Shown here piece by piece: positions 1 to 13,699 of a stretch of DNA of 64,000 nucleotides. This DNA is from Balanoglossus misakiensis. Lineage: Eukaryota > Animalia > Hemichordata. Positions within the stretch are counted from its first letter, which is position 1. Each line of letters starts with the position of its first letter. The stretch is from contig CM082576.2 of assembly GCA_040954595.2 (NCBI GenBank), positions 17,903,028 through 17,967,027 of the forward strand, in the 5' to 3' direction. Under the pieces are notes generated by a model. It searched no databases and was not told the origin of the DNA. It saw only the letters and a program-made list of their open reading frames with translations. The position numbers and the translations under genes were made by a program.

Positions 1-1330
1 TTTGCATATAGTGACGTCCCTGGCATGGAAATGCGGAAGTATTTGTCGAAGTTCGCTCTTGGATGTTATCGGCCTGTTATTGACGTTATGTACATCGACT
101 TTCGGGTATTTTCGGTTTGACGTGTACGTCACACCCTCCCTTCCAGCATGGCGTAAAACATTTCAGTCGAATTTCATGAAAATCGATGTCCGTGTGACTA
201 TTTGCCCGCCATGATTCGAATCGACATAACAAGCAATAGAACGTACCAGTTTAAAAACAATCGATCTGAACCTTCTATACCTAGTTTAAGTCAATTGACC
301 TGTTGTTTCATGTTCCATATACAGTGTTGAACGAAACAATGTCTTCAAACAGCAGATTATCTAATGGGGGACAATGGGGGACGGTTTTTGCGAATGGTTT
401 GCTCACTTCCGGTGCGCTAGATTTGTCAAAGCGCGTTTTCACGTGTACGGGTATAGGTACATGCATGTACATATTTCAATTGAACTTGTTTTTCAATGTT
501 TTGAAAGGATCGGGTAGGTGACTCTGCTTTCTGAACCGTGCCTCTTTCTTCCCCAACAGGTCCAACTACACGTGGTCCTAGTGGCCAAGTTATCAACGTG
601 ATTTTTGAAAACCTGATATGGTAATTTATTCCTACAGTTTTCCTAAGTTTGGAGTGATCAACAACTTTGGTTACCTCCTCAAGTGAGATGTCATGATTTA
701 AAACAGTACTATGATGGTAGCCTTCTGTCAACTGCATTTCTAGTTTCATTTCATGTTAGTAATGTGTGGTTCAGTTGCTATTTACATTACACAAAGACTA
801 TGAAGCCCTTTCTGAATTCCATTGTTCTCAATAAATTACACAAACACATGATGTACAGAAATGAATATATTTAAATCTTTATTTCTTAAAACCTGGCAAC
901 AAACAAACAAATAAGTGTGTATAAACATGAATAAATATTTCAACTTTTCATAAAAAATATGGTCTCTTGATTCATTTTTGATCAGCCCCCTTCCCCCATC
1001 ATTGATTCTACTCATGTAAATGTGTTTGTTTGCATAATTTAGACGGCGTCGCTTGTTCACTAAATATTCTATCAGAACAGTTATTGAACAGAGCTAGGGA
1101 CGGGATGATATTCCATTAGCATTCACTAGGGGATATCCATGTGTACAGTCATGACAGTCATTGAACAGAGCTACATGGCAGAACATTTTATCATCGTTAT
1201 TGTACTGAAACAGGAGTGGGAATGACATGTTATTCTCTGTCATAGAAAAGAGCTATGGGTCAGCATAACATTGTATGGGGAGAGGCAACATATTTTTTGT
1301 CACTATGTCAGTCATAGTTCAACTACTACT

Positions 1331-2033
1331 AAATAACAAGACAATGTTTGGAAGCAACTATGGATATTTTAGAACAAACAGCCGATCTACAGAGTCTACC
1401 GGAAAACTTTCTTATTCGCTCGGGCAGTGTGTTCTACGCATGACAACTAAATATGCAAATAACGAGACGGCGTTTGGAAGCAATCATGGATATTTTAGAA
1501 CAACCGTCGATCTAGCTACAGCGTATACCGGAAAACGTTCTTATTCGCTCGGGCCAGTGTGTTCTACGCATCACAACTGATGCAAATAACAAGACAGCGT
1601 TTGGAAGCGACCATGGGTATTTTAGAACAAACAGTCGATCTACAGAGTCTACCGGAAAAATTTCTTATTCGCTCGGGCCAATGTGGTCTACGCATCACAA
1701 CGGAATATGCAAACAACGTGACGGCGTTTGGAAGCAACCATGGATATTTTAGAACAAACAGTCGATCTACAGAGTCTACCGGAAAACTTTCTTATTCGCT
1801 CGGGCCAGTGTGTTCTACACATCACAACTGAATATGCAAATAACAAGACAGCGTTTGGAAGCATCCATGGATATTTTAGAACAAACCGTCGATCTACAGA
1901 GTCTACCGGAAAACTTTCTTATTCGCTCGGACCTGTGTGTTCTACGCATCACAACTGAATATGCAAATAACGAGACGGCGTTTGGCAGCAGCCATGGATA
2001 TTTTAGAACAAACCGTCGATCTACAGAGTCTAC
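1331..2033. repeat. Tandem array of a ~127-bp unit, ~5.5 copies
   Basis: Unit start AAA(T/C)AAC recurs at 1331, 1457, 1584, 1711, 1838 and 1965; core TGGATATTTTAGAACAA...CGATCTACAGAGTCTACCGGAAAA is conserved. Confidence 0.95.
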
Positions 2034-2034
2034 A

Positions 2035-2107
2035 GGCCGATTTACACGAGGCAACTCGGCAGACAACTCGGCAGGCAACTCGAGTTGCTCGTTGAGTTGC
2101 CTCGTGT
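2035..2107. repeat. Short inverted-repeat cassette, probable MITE terminus
   Basis: ACACGAGGCAACTC (2044-2057) is inverted at 2094-2107, with internal CAACTCG repeats; it directly abuts the tandem array. Confidence 0.55.
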
Positions 2108-5100
2108 GTATGATGTAGTCGCGTCGCTGGAACGTGTCTGGCGACGTCGCCTCGAAATCCGTCGTGTCAGATTTTCGGGCGACGAGTAGCGTGACGCGCA
2201 AGCGATTGCCCTGTGATACCTCAATACATGTTGACATCTGCACATGCGAAAATGGTAATAATTTGTTATTTTACGAACCAGAAACTAGCTGTAGACTCCG
2301 GAAAATATTGGGTTGATAAGTATTTGCTATGAAATAGGACAATTGTATAATATTGTAATAGTTTAATTTTTCAATATAAACTCAAGTTTTTGTGAAATAA
2401 CATTTCAATTAATTTTCTTTCCTGTGACGGTACGGAAATAAACTACTGTTAATTTCCGTGAAAATGGTTATGACGATTGGCACTTCAATTGGAACGTACT
2501 TGGTCCAGCTTGCCAATTCAACAATATCAGATTTTTTTTTTCGTGAGGTTCATTGTGTTTGTTTGTTTTATATATATTTTTTTTTTGGGGGGGGGTGCCG
2601 TAACCATATATTATAACCAAATTTCAGAGTAAACGTCAGATTATAATTATTGTCCAAAGTTCAATAGTTTTGCACAACCTCGAGTCTCCAATGTAGGCTA
2701 CGTCGTAGAACCCGCTTTTTGGGTAAAAGTTATTTCTTTGTCTGTGACGACATCATGCATACTCTGGCTCAGCAATCTCGAAAAATGTTGCACCAAAACT
2801 TAATATAGCTTTTCACAGAATCATTGAAAGATTGTGGTTACCTTATGCGGGTACGTTTGTTCAAGTAGACTTGACACCAAATCTTCTCTGTCACTGGAAC
2901 TCTTTTGACCCCTATGAAACCTATATTTAAATACTCACTTTCTTTCTTCCGTATGGTATCAATAAACAAGAAAGACAAACAAAACTTTCACGAGAGAATA
3001 GATTTTGTATTTGCAATGACGGCAGTACCGAAAACGAGAACAATTTCCTTTTGCAATGTAAATTTAATAACGTTTTAAATTATCTCCCACCCCGGTACTC
3101 CACAAACCCGAATCTAGATAAATTTGGAATTGTGCCGTATTTATTTCCTCATCACAGACTCCCTCTCCAAGCGTACATCATGAACAATTTAGGCAGAAAT
3201 AATTGGGCCACATCAATTACTAGTACATTTTGTTTTCATATAGGCTGGGCTATGTCTGGGTGGTGCAAGAAGCTGGAAATAAAAATTCAAGTTGATTTTT
3301 ATTTGGTTCTATTAACTTTTTTCTCTGTAAAATCTGAGTAAACGATTGACAGAGAATGTTACTGTAAGTCTATTTTCTGATATGAAGCGGTGGCCTTGAA
3401 AAATAGGCCTAATAAAGCATTGTTGTTATATGCGGCTAGTCTGGCCGTTGGAAATCGGGCTTGCTCAGCGTGGCTGGTGTAACCTTCCCACAGGTTACAA
3501 AAAGTACAGAGTGTAATAATGTCATACACGAGTAGGAGCGCTTTTTATTCCTCTCTGGGGCTTGGGCCTGGAAGTAAAACCTGAACACTCCATTAGCCCT
3601 ACGGAACGTTTCAATCAATTTGCTCGTTCCACTCAGTTTATGTCGAAATGGAAATACTATTCTTAAAATACACTTTCCTCTAACGTGTTTCACCATCTAA
3701 CAACGGGAACGATGGCGAATTTTGTTTCTTCATAACGAGAGTGATGGAACTCTTCGATGATTTGTTTCTATCGGGCCGATGGGCCGATTCCCGGAAGACA
3801 CGTCACCACAAGAGGGCGCACTATGCAAGCTACTCGGGAAAGCTCTGAAAGAATGCATGAAAACCAAAAGAATTTGTCCGCTCAATTCAATACAACGCAG
3901 TAAATACGTGACCCATCACCTCTTTGTTTTAAAGCAGATGTGTGTTTACGCATGTAAGTACATTCAATGACAATGGTGTTTGCAAGGAAAATTTGACAAA
4001 ATAAGTAAATTGTATTTATTTCTATATTTCTAGAAAATTATGAAAACATTTTGGTAACATGTACATATTAATCATCTTATTCGAAGGCACACAAGCAAAG
4101 AACAACACGTTGTCCCCTCGTTTATATACTTCAAACTTTTAATTTTTAGTAATTTTGCTTAGTGTATCTGCTGTTTCTAATTCCAGAAAGTGTGTGGCGT
4201 AGGAATTTTATTTATTTTTTTCCCCTTCAAGTCAGTTTTATAGTTTTATCAATATAGTCACATGTATACTGTTCATGCAGTCACTGATCACGCGCCCCTA
4301 AGTGTCCAGTGTTTTATAGATATAGCTGAAACAGTTCGAGTATGCCGTTGCCGTCACCAAAAACCAGAAAAAAGGGGCGACGCGCTGTTATTCAAGTGAC
4401 GCGGGCGCTGACCAGAGGCATTTCATTTTTTTTGCCTTATCAGATGATTTTGTCTCTTATTTGTTTTTTGGATAATATTGTCTAAGTTGTCTAAGGCAGA
4501 GCGTGTCAGGAGCATGCGCAACATGTGTAGTTTGACAATGTGTGGCGCTTTGAAAGGCATATCATTGATGTCAGTGCAGCCATGCAAATTTGATTGTTTA
4601 TATGCATGGTTGTATAACAGTGGTGACATGGTAAAGAATTTGACCAATCAAAAATAACCTTACGAGAGAGTGCTGCATAACTTCGCAATCTTGGAAGGCT
4701 GTTCCTGATTGGTGAGGTTTTTTGACAGCTCAATCTGCATGCTACCAACAACTGCGTTCAGTTTGTTTCACCTGTTGTTTTATCCTTTACACCTCCTTAC
4801 GATGTCATTTTCACTTCTGTCTATTTAGCATATCGCTCAAGGTATTTGCATAACAATAAAACCTTGTCGTTGACGTTCAGTTCGTTTATCGTTCTCCCTT
4901 CTGTCCACACGCCTTCATATTCGATCCGCAAACATTCCCTAGCTTTAGATTTTTTCTCGATTTATTAGTTCTTAGTTTAGTTTTATTGCATTTCCCAGTT
5001 CATTATCATATTTCATAGTTTAGATCAGTATTAGTTTGATATAGAATTTTTTTTCATTCAGTTATCGTTTACAGTCGCATTTCTTTCAAATTTCTTAGTC

Positions 5101-5189
5101 ATTTAGTTAGATAGATTAGTTTATTATATTAGTTCCGTTTATTATTATATTTTTAGTTAGTATATTTTCTTATTTCAGATTAGTTTTAG

Positions 5190-5340
5190 TATTAGTATTT
5201 TTAGTTGGTTAGTAAGTTAGTTAGATAGTTAGTTACTTAGTAGTTAGTTAGTAAGTTAGTAAGATAGTTAGTTGCTTAGTAGTAAGTTAGTTAGTAAGTT
5301 AGTTAGATACTTAGTTAGTTAGTTAGTTAGTTAGTTTCTT
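5190..5340. repeat. Degenerate (TTAG)n microsatellite
   Basis: Run of TTAG/GTTA units after a T-rich tract. Confidence 0.85.
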
Positions 5341-6470
5341 AGTTATAGTTTCAATATTAGTTTTTGTTCGGATTTGTTGCTGTCCCTGGGCCAAAAGATT
5401 GAAGTAAGTATAATATATATTGTTAATGATTTTTCCTTGTGTTTGCGCGCAACTTCCCTTAGGTAGCTGCCAGGGCCCTGTATTATATGTTCTGGTTCGC
5501 ATTGTGCATGACATATCCGTCTTGTAACAAGAGAATCCATAAGCAAGTAGGTTGTATAGAAAGAACGGCAGGGCCGGTTTTCGTTGCAACAATTTGCTCT
5601 GTTTTCTGCTTGAGTCAGGCCTACGTGTTGGAATAATGGCAGACGGACGTATTCGACATTGAGTGCAGCAATGCCAAAACAATACATGGTTCAAAGCAGC
5701 AAGTCGGACCAATTGATATCATAAGAATGTCAAGATTTACATGAAGCCTATAGGCCCACCAGGGCCTCTTTAATTGACTATCTCCATACAGTAGAACTAA
5801 TTACATGGTCTAAACATTAGCGTCGAATGAAATAGAAAGTAAACCAAGTATTGAGGCACACCGTACACCATGAATAGATCCACGTGGAGGACGGCAGCCA
5901 ACCGAGTATAAATTACAATCTGTACAAACGCTTTCAATTTGTCTTTTCCCATAGGATTGCTAGAAAACCTGCGTCTGCTATTGTCATTTTCATGAACGTT
6001 TAGGTCTACCCATAACTCAGTCAAATGAATTAAAATTGAATGGTAGAAAACAATTGAATAGCCAACGCGCTCAATTTCGAGGATAAACTCCGTTGAATAT
6101 GTTCACCCAAGGGGAAAACGGAAAATTGTTGCCTCGGTAGTTTTTATTTTCATTATGATCGACTAAACTCACGGCCTTGAATTTCAAAACCAAGCACGTT
6201 TTAACCCCCTGCAATTTATTAGCGATCGAAAAAATGCTTACAAAGGAGTGTAAACAACCAGCAACTTGTAAAGAGAAGTGACAAGACTTTCAATTTTACG
6301 AATATTCACGCATTAGTATTCTCGCGTACTTGCTCCGTGTCTATACAGCATTTGCCACAATTGACAAATGAGCGAACTCCACTTTTCTGCTAACCACCTT
6401 TGGAAATATTTATTATTGGCTTTCGCTGTCCAGCCGCCATTATTTTTATAGTGTCACTATTTACACTTTA

Positions 6471-7372
6471 GGGACCGTTCAGTTTTTACGGCAGGGGGGG
6501 GGCGGCAAGTTTTGTGTCATCAGTTTTCAAAATCAGGCCGACCCCCCCCCCCTTCGTCCAGGACCAAAAAATGATGACCCCCCCCCCTTTGACAGACCCA
6601 AAAATATGATGACCCCCCCCCCCGAAAACATTCGCCGTCCTGATCCTATGTAGACTGTATGCAATAAAGGGAATGAGGCTCCTCACACCTAAATTATAAA
6701 TTTCTTAAAGTAATTTAAGTATATAATAGTATATCGTTGCAATAAAGAAATCTATGAACAAATTAAAATGACAAGTCAATACAATAGTTGCCAGAATTGG
6801 TAAAACAAGAAAAGTGGCGGGGGTGGGCGTGGGAGGGGGTGTCCCCCTCCCACATAAGAAAATTTTGTAAAATACGGTGCTCAAAGTTGCATTTTTATGA
6901 ACTCAAAAGCAAATTATCTCAATTTTTGGGAGGACCAATTTTACTTTTGCCACTCCACTCAAAGTTAGAAGATTTGGCGTCATCCACGTCATGACATCAT
7001 TTATAAAACTTCTAGTATATAGAAGATGCAGCGCGAAACTATCAGTTATGCGAAATGGTTTGAACGATTATTCTCCCTTATATATTTACTTTGTTAAATA
7101 ATATCATCGGTGGGGTTGGGGGGTGACAAGCACTCTGCCCTGGTACACTAGACAAACCATTAGAAAATTTTGCAAAATAAAGGGCGCGAAACTGCAATTT
7201 TGTGGAATCAAAAGCAAAAGTTCGGTGGCAAAAGTATGTGACCTCCCCCCCCCTAAACGTTTAAAAAAAACAGATGACCCCCCCCCCCCTTAGGACTTCA
7301 AAATTTAAGTGACGCCCCCCCCCCCCCTGGATTTTGCCGCCCCCCCCCCGGCCGTAAAAACTGAACGGTCCC
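6471..7372. mobile_element. PIF/Harbinger (Tourist-like) MITE, complete copy
   Basis: TIRs GGGACCGTTCAGTTTTTACGGC / GCCGTAAAAACTGAACGGTCCC; TTA on both sides (6468-6470, 7373-7375); non-coding; related copies at ~14315 and 54005. Confidence 0.9.
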
Positions 7373-8133
7373 TTAGGGCTATTTTTCACCGTCCACTGAA
7401 TGATGACGGAGCTCAGCTAGTGCCCTCGAGCGATATGTTTTCCAGTCTTAGAATATCCAAACGAAAACACACCAAGTTTTCTGCCAGTTGTTTGTATTTT
7501 AATTTTCTGGCGTTGAACAAGCCGCAATGACTGTGTCTCGGACTATTTTGCAGACACACATGTTAAACTAGGTTGTCGGCATTGACAGTCCCATAAATAA
7601 TATGGTATCGACCAGTGCAGGCCCACGTTCCCGTCCGCAGTTCATTTTCAAAATGAAAATTATTTTCATAGTACAGTATTATAAGGTTATAACCGGAGCA
7701 CGCCCTCAACAGGGTTGACCTTTGGCCTGTCACAAAAGCACTCGATCGCCATGACTCATGAGACTCGAGTGTCGGTGCGTCGACCAGAAGTAATATTTAT
7801 ATTGATTTATTGTGTCTTCAACTTGAGTCATGTCGAGCTGAATCAAGGAGTCATGGTCCAAGCAATGATGAGACAGGTAGAATACAGTTTTCAGCCACGA
7901 TATGATGTGATACACGACTAAACCAAAACGCCTGCAGAATCGTAGCTCGAGGTTTTACCTTGTGAGTATAATGTAGAATGTGTGTATTGACGGAAACATT
8001 AGACGCCGTCCACACACAATTCCACGTAAAAATCCGCATGCATGTGAGTAAAACTCTGTAGTATAGGCAGTTACAGCCCTGCGTACAGGTCTGTGTGTTC
8101 CAGGCGTTACACGGGGCTAAGACAGTGAGTAAT

Positions 8134-8218
8134 ATGGCGAAGTATGCCCCTGATATTGGCCCTCCAATAAACATATCATATTTTTCTATGTTTCTCTGTG
8201 TGTTGACCAATAAGGCGG
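8134..8218 (+). CDS. Candidate first coding exon of the + strand host gene (MAKYAPDIGPPINISYFSMFLCVLTNKA)
   Basis: AATATGGCG start context, open frame, and phase-1 donor G|GTACGT compatible with exon 8543; alternatively translation starts at ATG 8545. Confidence 0.3.
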
Positions 8219-8542
8219 GTACGTTTACACCTTTGGTTATAATCCAGCAACAGGCCTGGTTTGGCATGCATATGTGCCTGGTGAAATTCCTCCAACACCT
8301 CTTCAGGCCCAAAATAAATAATGATAGCTCCCTTAGACAGCTTCAAGTTGTAATTATATATAACTGTTGGCCTGTAATTCCTCGACCAGTAAACTAGTAC
8401 AATTTACTGTCTCAGACTTTAACAGTTTACATCGATAACAATATTCAACTTGCAAATAAGCGTATGTGAACACGAGGAAGCACACCTGGTATGATACCAG
8501 TTTATTTGAAATAATGACATTTGTTATTTGTCATCCTTTTAG

Positions 8543-8616
8543 ATATGTGGGATCGGGAATACTACTCTCCCAAATATGGTTCAATCAGGCCACAGATTTT
8601 GGAGGAAAACTATAAG
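8543..8616 (+). CDS. Host gene exon (DMWDREYYSPKYGSIRPQILEENYK)
   Basis: Acceptor TCATCCTTTTAG|, donor AAG|GTATGT, open frame ending in phase 0. Confidence 0.65.
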
Positions 8617-8730
8617 GTATGTTAATTTTGAAATGCAATTACAACAAATATATTTAGTTTTGGGTTTAATAATACTGATAAGTTGGTATTTACTATAGCA
8701 TATTTATATATTTGTGAACACAATACTGAA

Positions 8731-8968
8731 GGCCAAAATAAAAACGTGCTGTTACGATTACCCCACCTACCCTTATTTTAACCCCGCCGACCCTAAACTT
8801 TTTAGAGCTTCGTAAATCTAAAAGTAAAAATAGCGATGTCAAATATACAAAATTTATGAAAAATGAGAAATAAAAAAATAGCAAAATAAAAAAATATCCC
8901 TACCTACGTACCCTATTTTTGAAAACCAAGTAATTGGAACAGCACATTTTTTTTTTGGGGGGGGGGCC
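8731..8968. mobile_element. Small MITE, probably PIF/Harbinger-type
   Basis: Imperfect TIRs GGCCAAAATAAAAACGTGCTGTTACGATTAC / GTAATTGGAACAGCACATTTTTTTTTT(G)nCC; flanks GAA and TAA. Confidence 0.7.
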
Positions 8969-9924
8969 TAATTCTGATCATTTGGATTTTTGGTGAGAAC
9001 TCTTCTTCTGGTAGTAATTCTGTAACAGATTTGACATTTAAGAGGTTGCTTGTTTGAATTTCGCTGTCTGTATTATGAGCATGCTGTCTTTAAAATTCCA
9101 TTAGTTTGTCGGGTAAATATATTAATGTGTATACTGGGAGCTGTGATCAGATACCAAATAAGTAAATTATCTTTGAATATGTTGGTGATAGTGACAATAG
9201 TCATCTATCATGGAAACATGATGCCAATGAATGGTATGGGTGACATGTTGCTAAACCGATGGCTGACCAAATCCCATGAGTGGAGGTGACTATAGCTCTT
9301 CCAGTTGTAAATGGACAAAATCTCTCTTTTTTGAGCTTTTTTTCATGAATTTTGTGAAAAGCTGTTTCTGAAATACATGTACTGGTTAACTGTAAGACTG
9401 AACATTCATGGTGTCTACCAACATATATTTACCGTTGAGTCAACTTTTGTCCATGGAAACTTGACTGCACAGCCAATGTCTGTCAAAGCCGTGTGGCATA
9501 TTTCTTCATGTGCCTCTGTTTTTGTTATGCACTGTGAAGGCCAGGGCAACTTTGGGGAAGGGAATGTGTTGCATCATTAGAGTTGATCAAAATGTTTTAG
9601 GGGGAAGGGAACTGCCAATACACACTCTTGAACATTGCTGCAAAGACTTCTCAATCGAAACACACACATAGCAACCAGCAATCAGCCAGCATTTTTCTAA
9701 AATGGGCTAAAAACTCATTGCTCCAATGGCCGTCATGCCATGTGATGTGACTTACATGTAGCATGCATAAATGGTTTTGTACCATGCACCGCCCTGTTCC
9801 CCCCTATCATTGCTTCAAAATATCAGGTTTGAGCATTTAGGACTTTGACAATTGACACTGTGCTGCAATTCCTGAAAGCGTCTTTTATAATCCTAAATGA
9901 TTATTCTTCCTATTTCATTTACAG

Positions 9925-10002
9925 AGAATTAGGCATAGGCAAAGTGTCCGCAGACATAGAGCAGGAGCACGAGACGAAAAAGTGAGCGTGTTGCGTTGCA
10001 TG
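9925..10002 (+). CDS. Host gene exon (RIRHRQSVRRHRAGARDEKVSVLRCM)
   Basis: Acceptor TATTTCATTTACAG|, donor ATG|GTAAGT, 78 nt, phase 0-0, open. Confidence 0.75.
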
Positions 10003-11557
10003 GTAAGTGATTCACAACAATGGTAGATAGCCTGAAAGTGAATTCTCTTTTCATATCTGTAACCCAGAAATAGCCAAACACATTTTGTTCACACATGGCA
10101 CAAGTGACTATGTGCTTTTAAAGCTTCTTTTAAAGCTTCTATATGAATATCCGCTTTTCATCTCTACTTGGAGCTTGTCAGATACCAGTAGGCTGATTGT
10201 CCTGAAATGTCTGTCATGTTGTATGTTCATACAAGTTCAATCACATGATACAGAAGTTCCATTTGATTATTTTCCTTTGCGGACTTCAATATGCATTTAG
10301 AATTTACTATGCATAAATTTAACAAAATTGCGTCCAGGCAATTGAAAAACTGTAATAGAACACCACCGTACCGGTACATTATTACAAAGTTTTATATATT
10401 AATGTCATGTTGCCTGAGTGAAAATTGTAACATTTCTGTGTATTTCTGCATTATTCGTATCTTGTAAGCCTTGCTGAATACAATTTGCAAATTTGCACTT
10501 GTGGTGTATGCATCCTTCATTATCTTTGTGTAATTATGGTCAAATATTGTGAAATATGCAGGATTTTGCATTAACTGAACCACTGATGATAATCGTTATG
10601 GAAATGTACCTTTTATTGTACATACTTTATGTAACAAACCATTACTGATGTTTTCTGCCCTGGCAAGTTTTTAAGCATTGTTCAATCAGATTCTGCAATG
10701 ATGGAAACAAAATAATATATGCTACATTCTGGCAAATGGGGATATAGCTAATACTAGTATGAATTTTTGAGTGCCTGAGATGGCTATCTGTGACATGAGT
10801 GTACTACATGCAATTAAGTCACACATAAGGTGGGTCATGGACTTTCAAATACGTGACAGCGCCCTCTATTGGTTGGATATGTACATGTAGATGTCAAATT
10901 CGAACTACAGAGGCTCACGAGAGTGAACAGTTAAAGCAACATAAAGGAAATATTGGGTTTTTAAAAAACAAACTTTTGGCATTGCAAAAAGACTCAGTAT
11001 ACAAAATCATGTAGTAATGACATGTTCTGCCAGATTTAGCCTGTCATCTGGACCAGATCTTGAATGAGAATTAACCTGGAGGTCAGTGAGAGAGGGCTTC
11101 CATAATGAGCATTCAGGAACAGATTTTCATTTTATTTGATTGAGCTAGTCATGAAACTTCTGCAACCACACATGAAAACGCTAACAATTTTAATGGTATA
11201 AGAACATATTTTCATCAAGTTGACCATGAAGTTAGACAAATCAGTAGTTTGATTTTAGAAGAAAACACCCATTTTTTTGTTAATTTTAGTTGTTTATGGC
11301 ACCATTTTCTGGAAATTTTGCGGGGAATTTTTTCTCATTTGTTTTCAAAAAAGGTATGCGAAATGAAATGAACGTTGGAATTTTTGATACCTCTTAAGAG
11401 GAAATGATGTCTGCGAATGGTATGGGCTATTATGTATTCTCTGCGCATGCACAACAGTTTGACAATGTTTGAACAATTGTCTTGCAAATGATATCTGCTA
11501 CCTGTTAATTTTATGTCTACTATTTTCACAGTTGCAGTTTGTGACATGTCGTTGACT

Positions 11558-11670
11558 AATAGAATCTCACACTCCCAAGGACCTGGGATCATATTTCTCA
11601 CACGAGTTGGGGATTTTCCCTCCCACACCTGCCTGTTGCTCGTGTGGGACAAAATATCGAAGGCCTCGTG
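11558..11670. repeat. One-armed copy of the hairpin element at 25364
   Basis: AATAGAATCTCACAC(T/A)CCCAAGGACCTGGGATCATATTTCTCACA shared with 25364-25410. Confidence 0.7.
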
Positions 11671-12162
11671 AAACAGTCTGTGTTTTTTTTTTGTAAGGGG
11701 GGGGGGGTGACTTACAGTCCCTCAGGTTACAGACATATGCTCATGGCCAGTCAACATGTTTATGTAACTGTCAGATTGTGAAATATGTACAACTCAAGTG
11801 CTACTCACACATGTATACATGTACCAGTCACAGATAGCCTTCTGCAGTGTACTCTTACACTTGCTAAATGTGATGGACTCCAGTAATTTTACACACACAA
11901 AAGCACAGGCTTCAGAGAACAGACAATTTGTGGTCAAAAAATGTATTGTTCTAGCACAACTATGTGTTAGTTGTTATCAGTTGAACCTTTGTCCCCACTA
12001 CCCAGAAAAGCCTAATGTAAGTAGCTAAATGATTGTTCTGACCTCTTACTCTTAGCCAAGTGTACTTTCATACAATATTTAAAGGAAAGCGGTCGTCGGA
12101 CCGAGTTGGTGCCCCCCCCCCCCCCCCCAATGAGAATATGTCCCCTCATACCAGAGCAAACC

Positions 12163-13699
12163 CAACTGCAGTCGGCACGACCTACTAGTCCTGTTTCATA
12201 AGTCAGGTCCATGACATATGTACCGACATCTGTGATTGGTCCATCTGGTAATCTTAGGTCCACTTGCGGCACGCTGATTGGAGGGACCATATGTGTTAGG
12301 TCTTATCATTATGTATTATTCACTAGACCTTGTAGGTTAGGTCTTATTACTATGTATTATTCACTTTACAGCTCCCTGATTGGTTAATGTGTAGGTCTGG
12401 TCCTCCAGTGTTCACTGCCTCATTATGCAGGACCTTGTAGGTTAGGTCTTATTTATATGCATTTATTCAATTTTCAGCTCCCTGATTGGTTAATGTGTAG
12501 GTCTCCAGTTTTCACTGCCTCGTTATGCAAAGTCTTTTGTACTTTCTGAATACTGTTGTCGTATTCTGTCTGGCATGCTACCTGCGCATGGTCGAAGCTC
12601 GCGATCGATCCCAGTGTATAAAGAAAGGCACTCATATAATGATTGGATTTCACCTTTTCCTTCACTATTCATGGCATTTTATGTGATACTGTGAACTAGA
12701 TACTCGAAATAAAAATTGCCAGGAGAAATTTCGCATTTATTTCCAGTGGCGGTTTGTTGAAATGGGCTAGTGTTTTGTTACGTAATGTCTTTCAGCGCAT
12801 CACTTCGTGTAACACCTGGCTGAATACGAAGTGTGTGCTATTCATTCGAGCAAACCAAAAATATCTTACAATAGAAATGTTTAGAATAGCATTGCATTTC
12901 TTTGGGAAACCTCATTAGTTGCTTTACAGGTATGATTACTTTTATTGTATTTCTTTCACGAAGCTGCACCGTCATAGTTCCATTTTTATGAAAACAATAT
13001 ACGAATGTATAAACGGACGACGTGCTCCTTATCACAACATCTTCGTCAAAACAAATTTACTTTAAAATAGTAATAACAACAATAATAAAATTGATGGTGA
13101 GAAGTAGGAGGGTGATTAAAAAAAAATACAACTGTTAGCTAAAATGCTTAGATGAGTTAATCAGATTTTCAAAGTTCACCTAAAAGATCATTTAATCTTT
13201 CCAGGGTGCGGTTTATGTTGGAGATAGTATCAGTCAGGCTATTTCTCAGAAAATCAATGAACGATCTGCGGACACCTCGAATAATGTGTTACCACAACGC
13301 TAGCCAGGAAGCACATGGGACATTTCACAATGAGGCAGTGAACACTGGGGGACCAGACTGACACGTTAACCAATCAGGGAGCTGTATGGTGAATAAATAC
13401 ATATTAATAAGACCTAACCTACAAGGTCCTGCATAATGAGGCAGTGAACACTGGAGGACCAGACCTACACATTAACCAATCAGGGAGCTGTAAAGTGAAT
13501 AATGCATAGTAATAAGACCTAACCTACAAGGTCTGGTGAATAATACATAGTAATAAGACCTAACACATAAGGTCCCTCCAATCAGCGAGCCGCAAGTGGA
13601 CTTTAGAGAAGCGGATAAACCAATCAGAACATGTAATACGTGTGCATAGGACCTGTAATGTAGGTCATTTTGAAACAGGACTACTAGGATCTTCAGTTG
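12163..13699. mobile_element. Long-TIR (foldback-like) non-autonomous element
   Basis: Arms ~12163-12530 and ~13325-13699 are inverted copies built of subrepeats (GTTAGGTCTTATT; CAGCTCCCTGATTGGTTAATGTGTAGGTCT); ~790-bp unique spacer; no clear TSD. Confidence 0.75.

Noticed and set aside
403-620. Promoter-like CACTTCCGG motif and small exons
   Set aside because: Implied intron is only ~46 nt and there is no coherent reading frame
1331-2033. CRISPR-like regular repeats
   Set aside because: Whole units are repeated with no unique spacers; no cas genes; eukaryotic context
7751-7876. Coding first exon ending CAG|GTAGAA
   Set aside because: The ATG-containing frame is phase 0 and does not fit exon 8543; the fitting frame has no ATG; could still be a UTR exon
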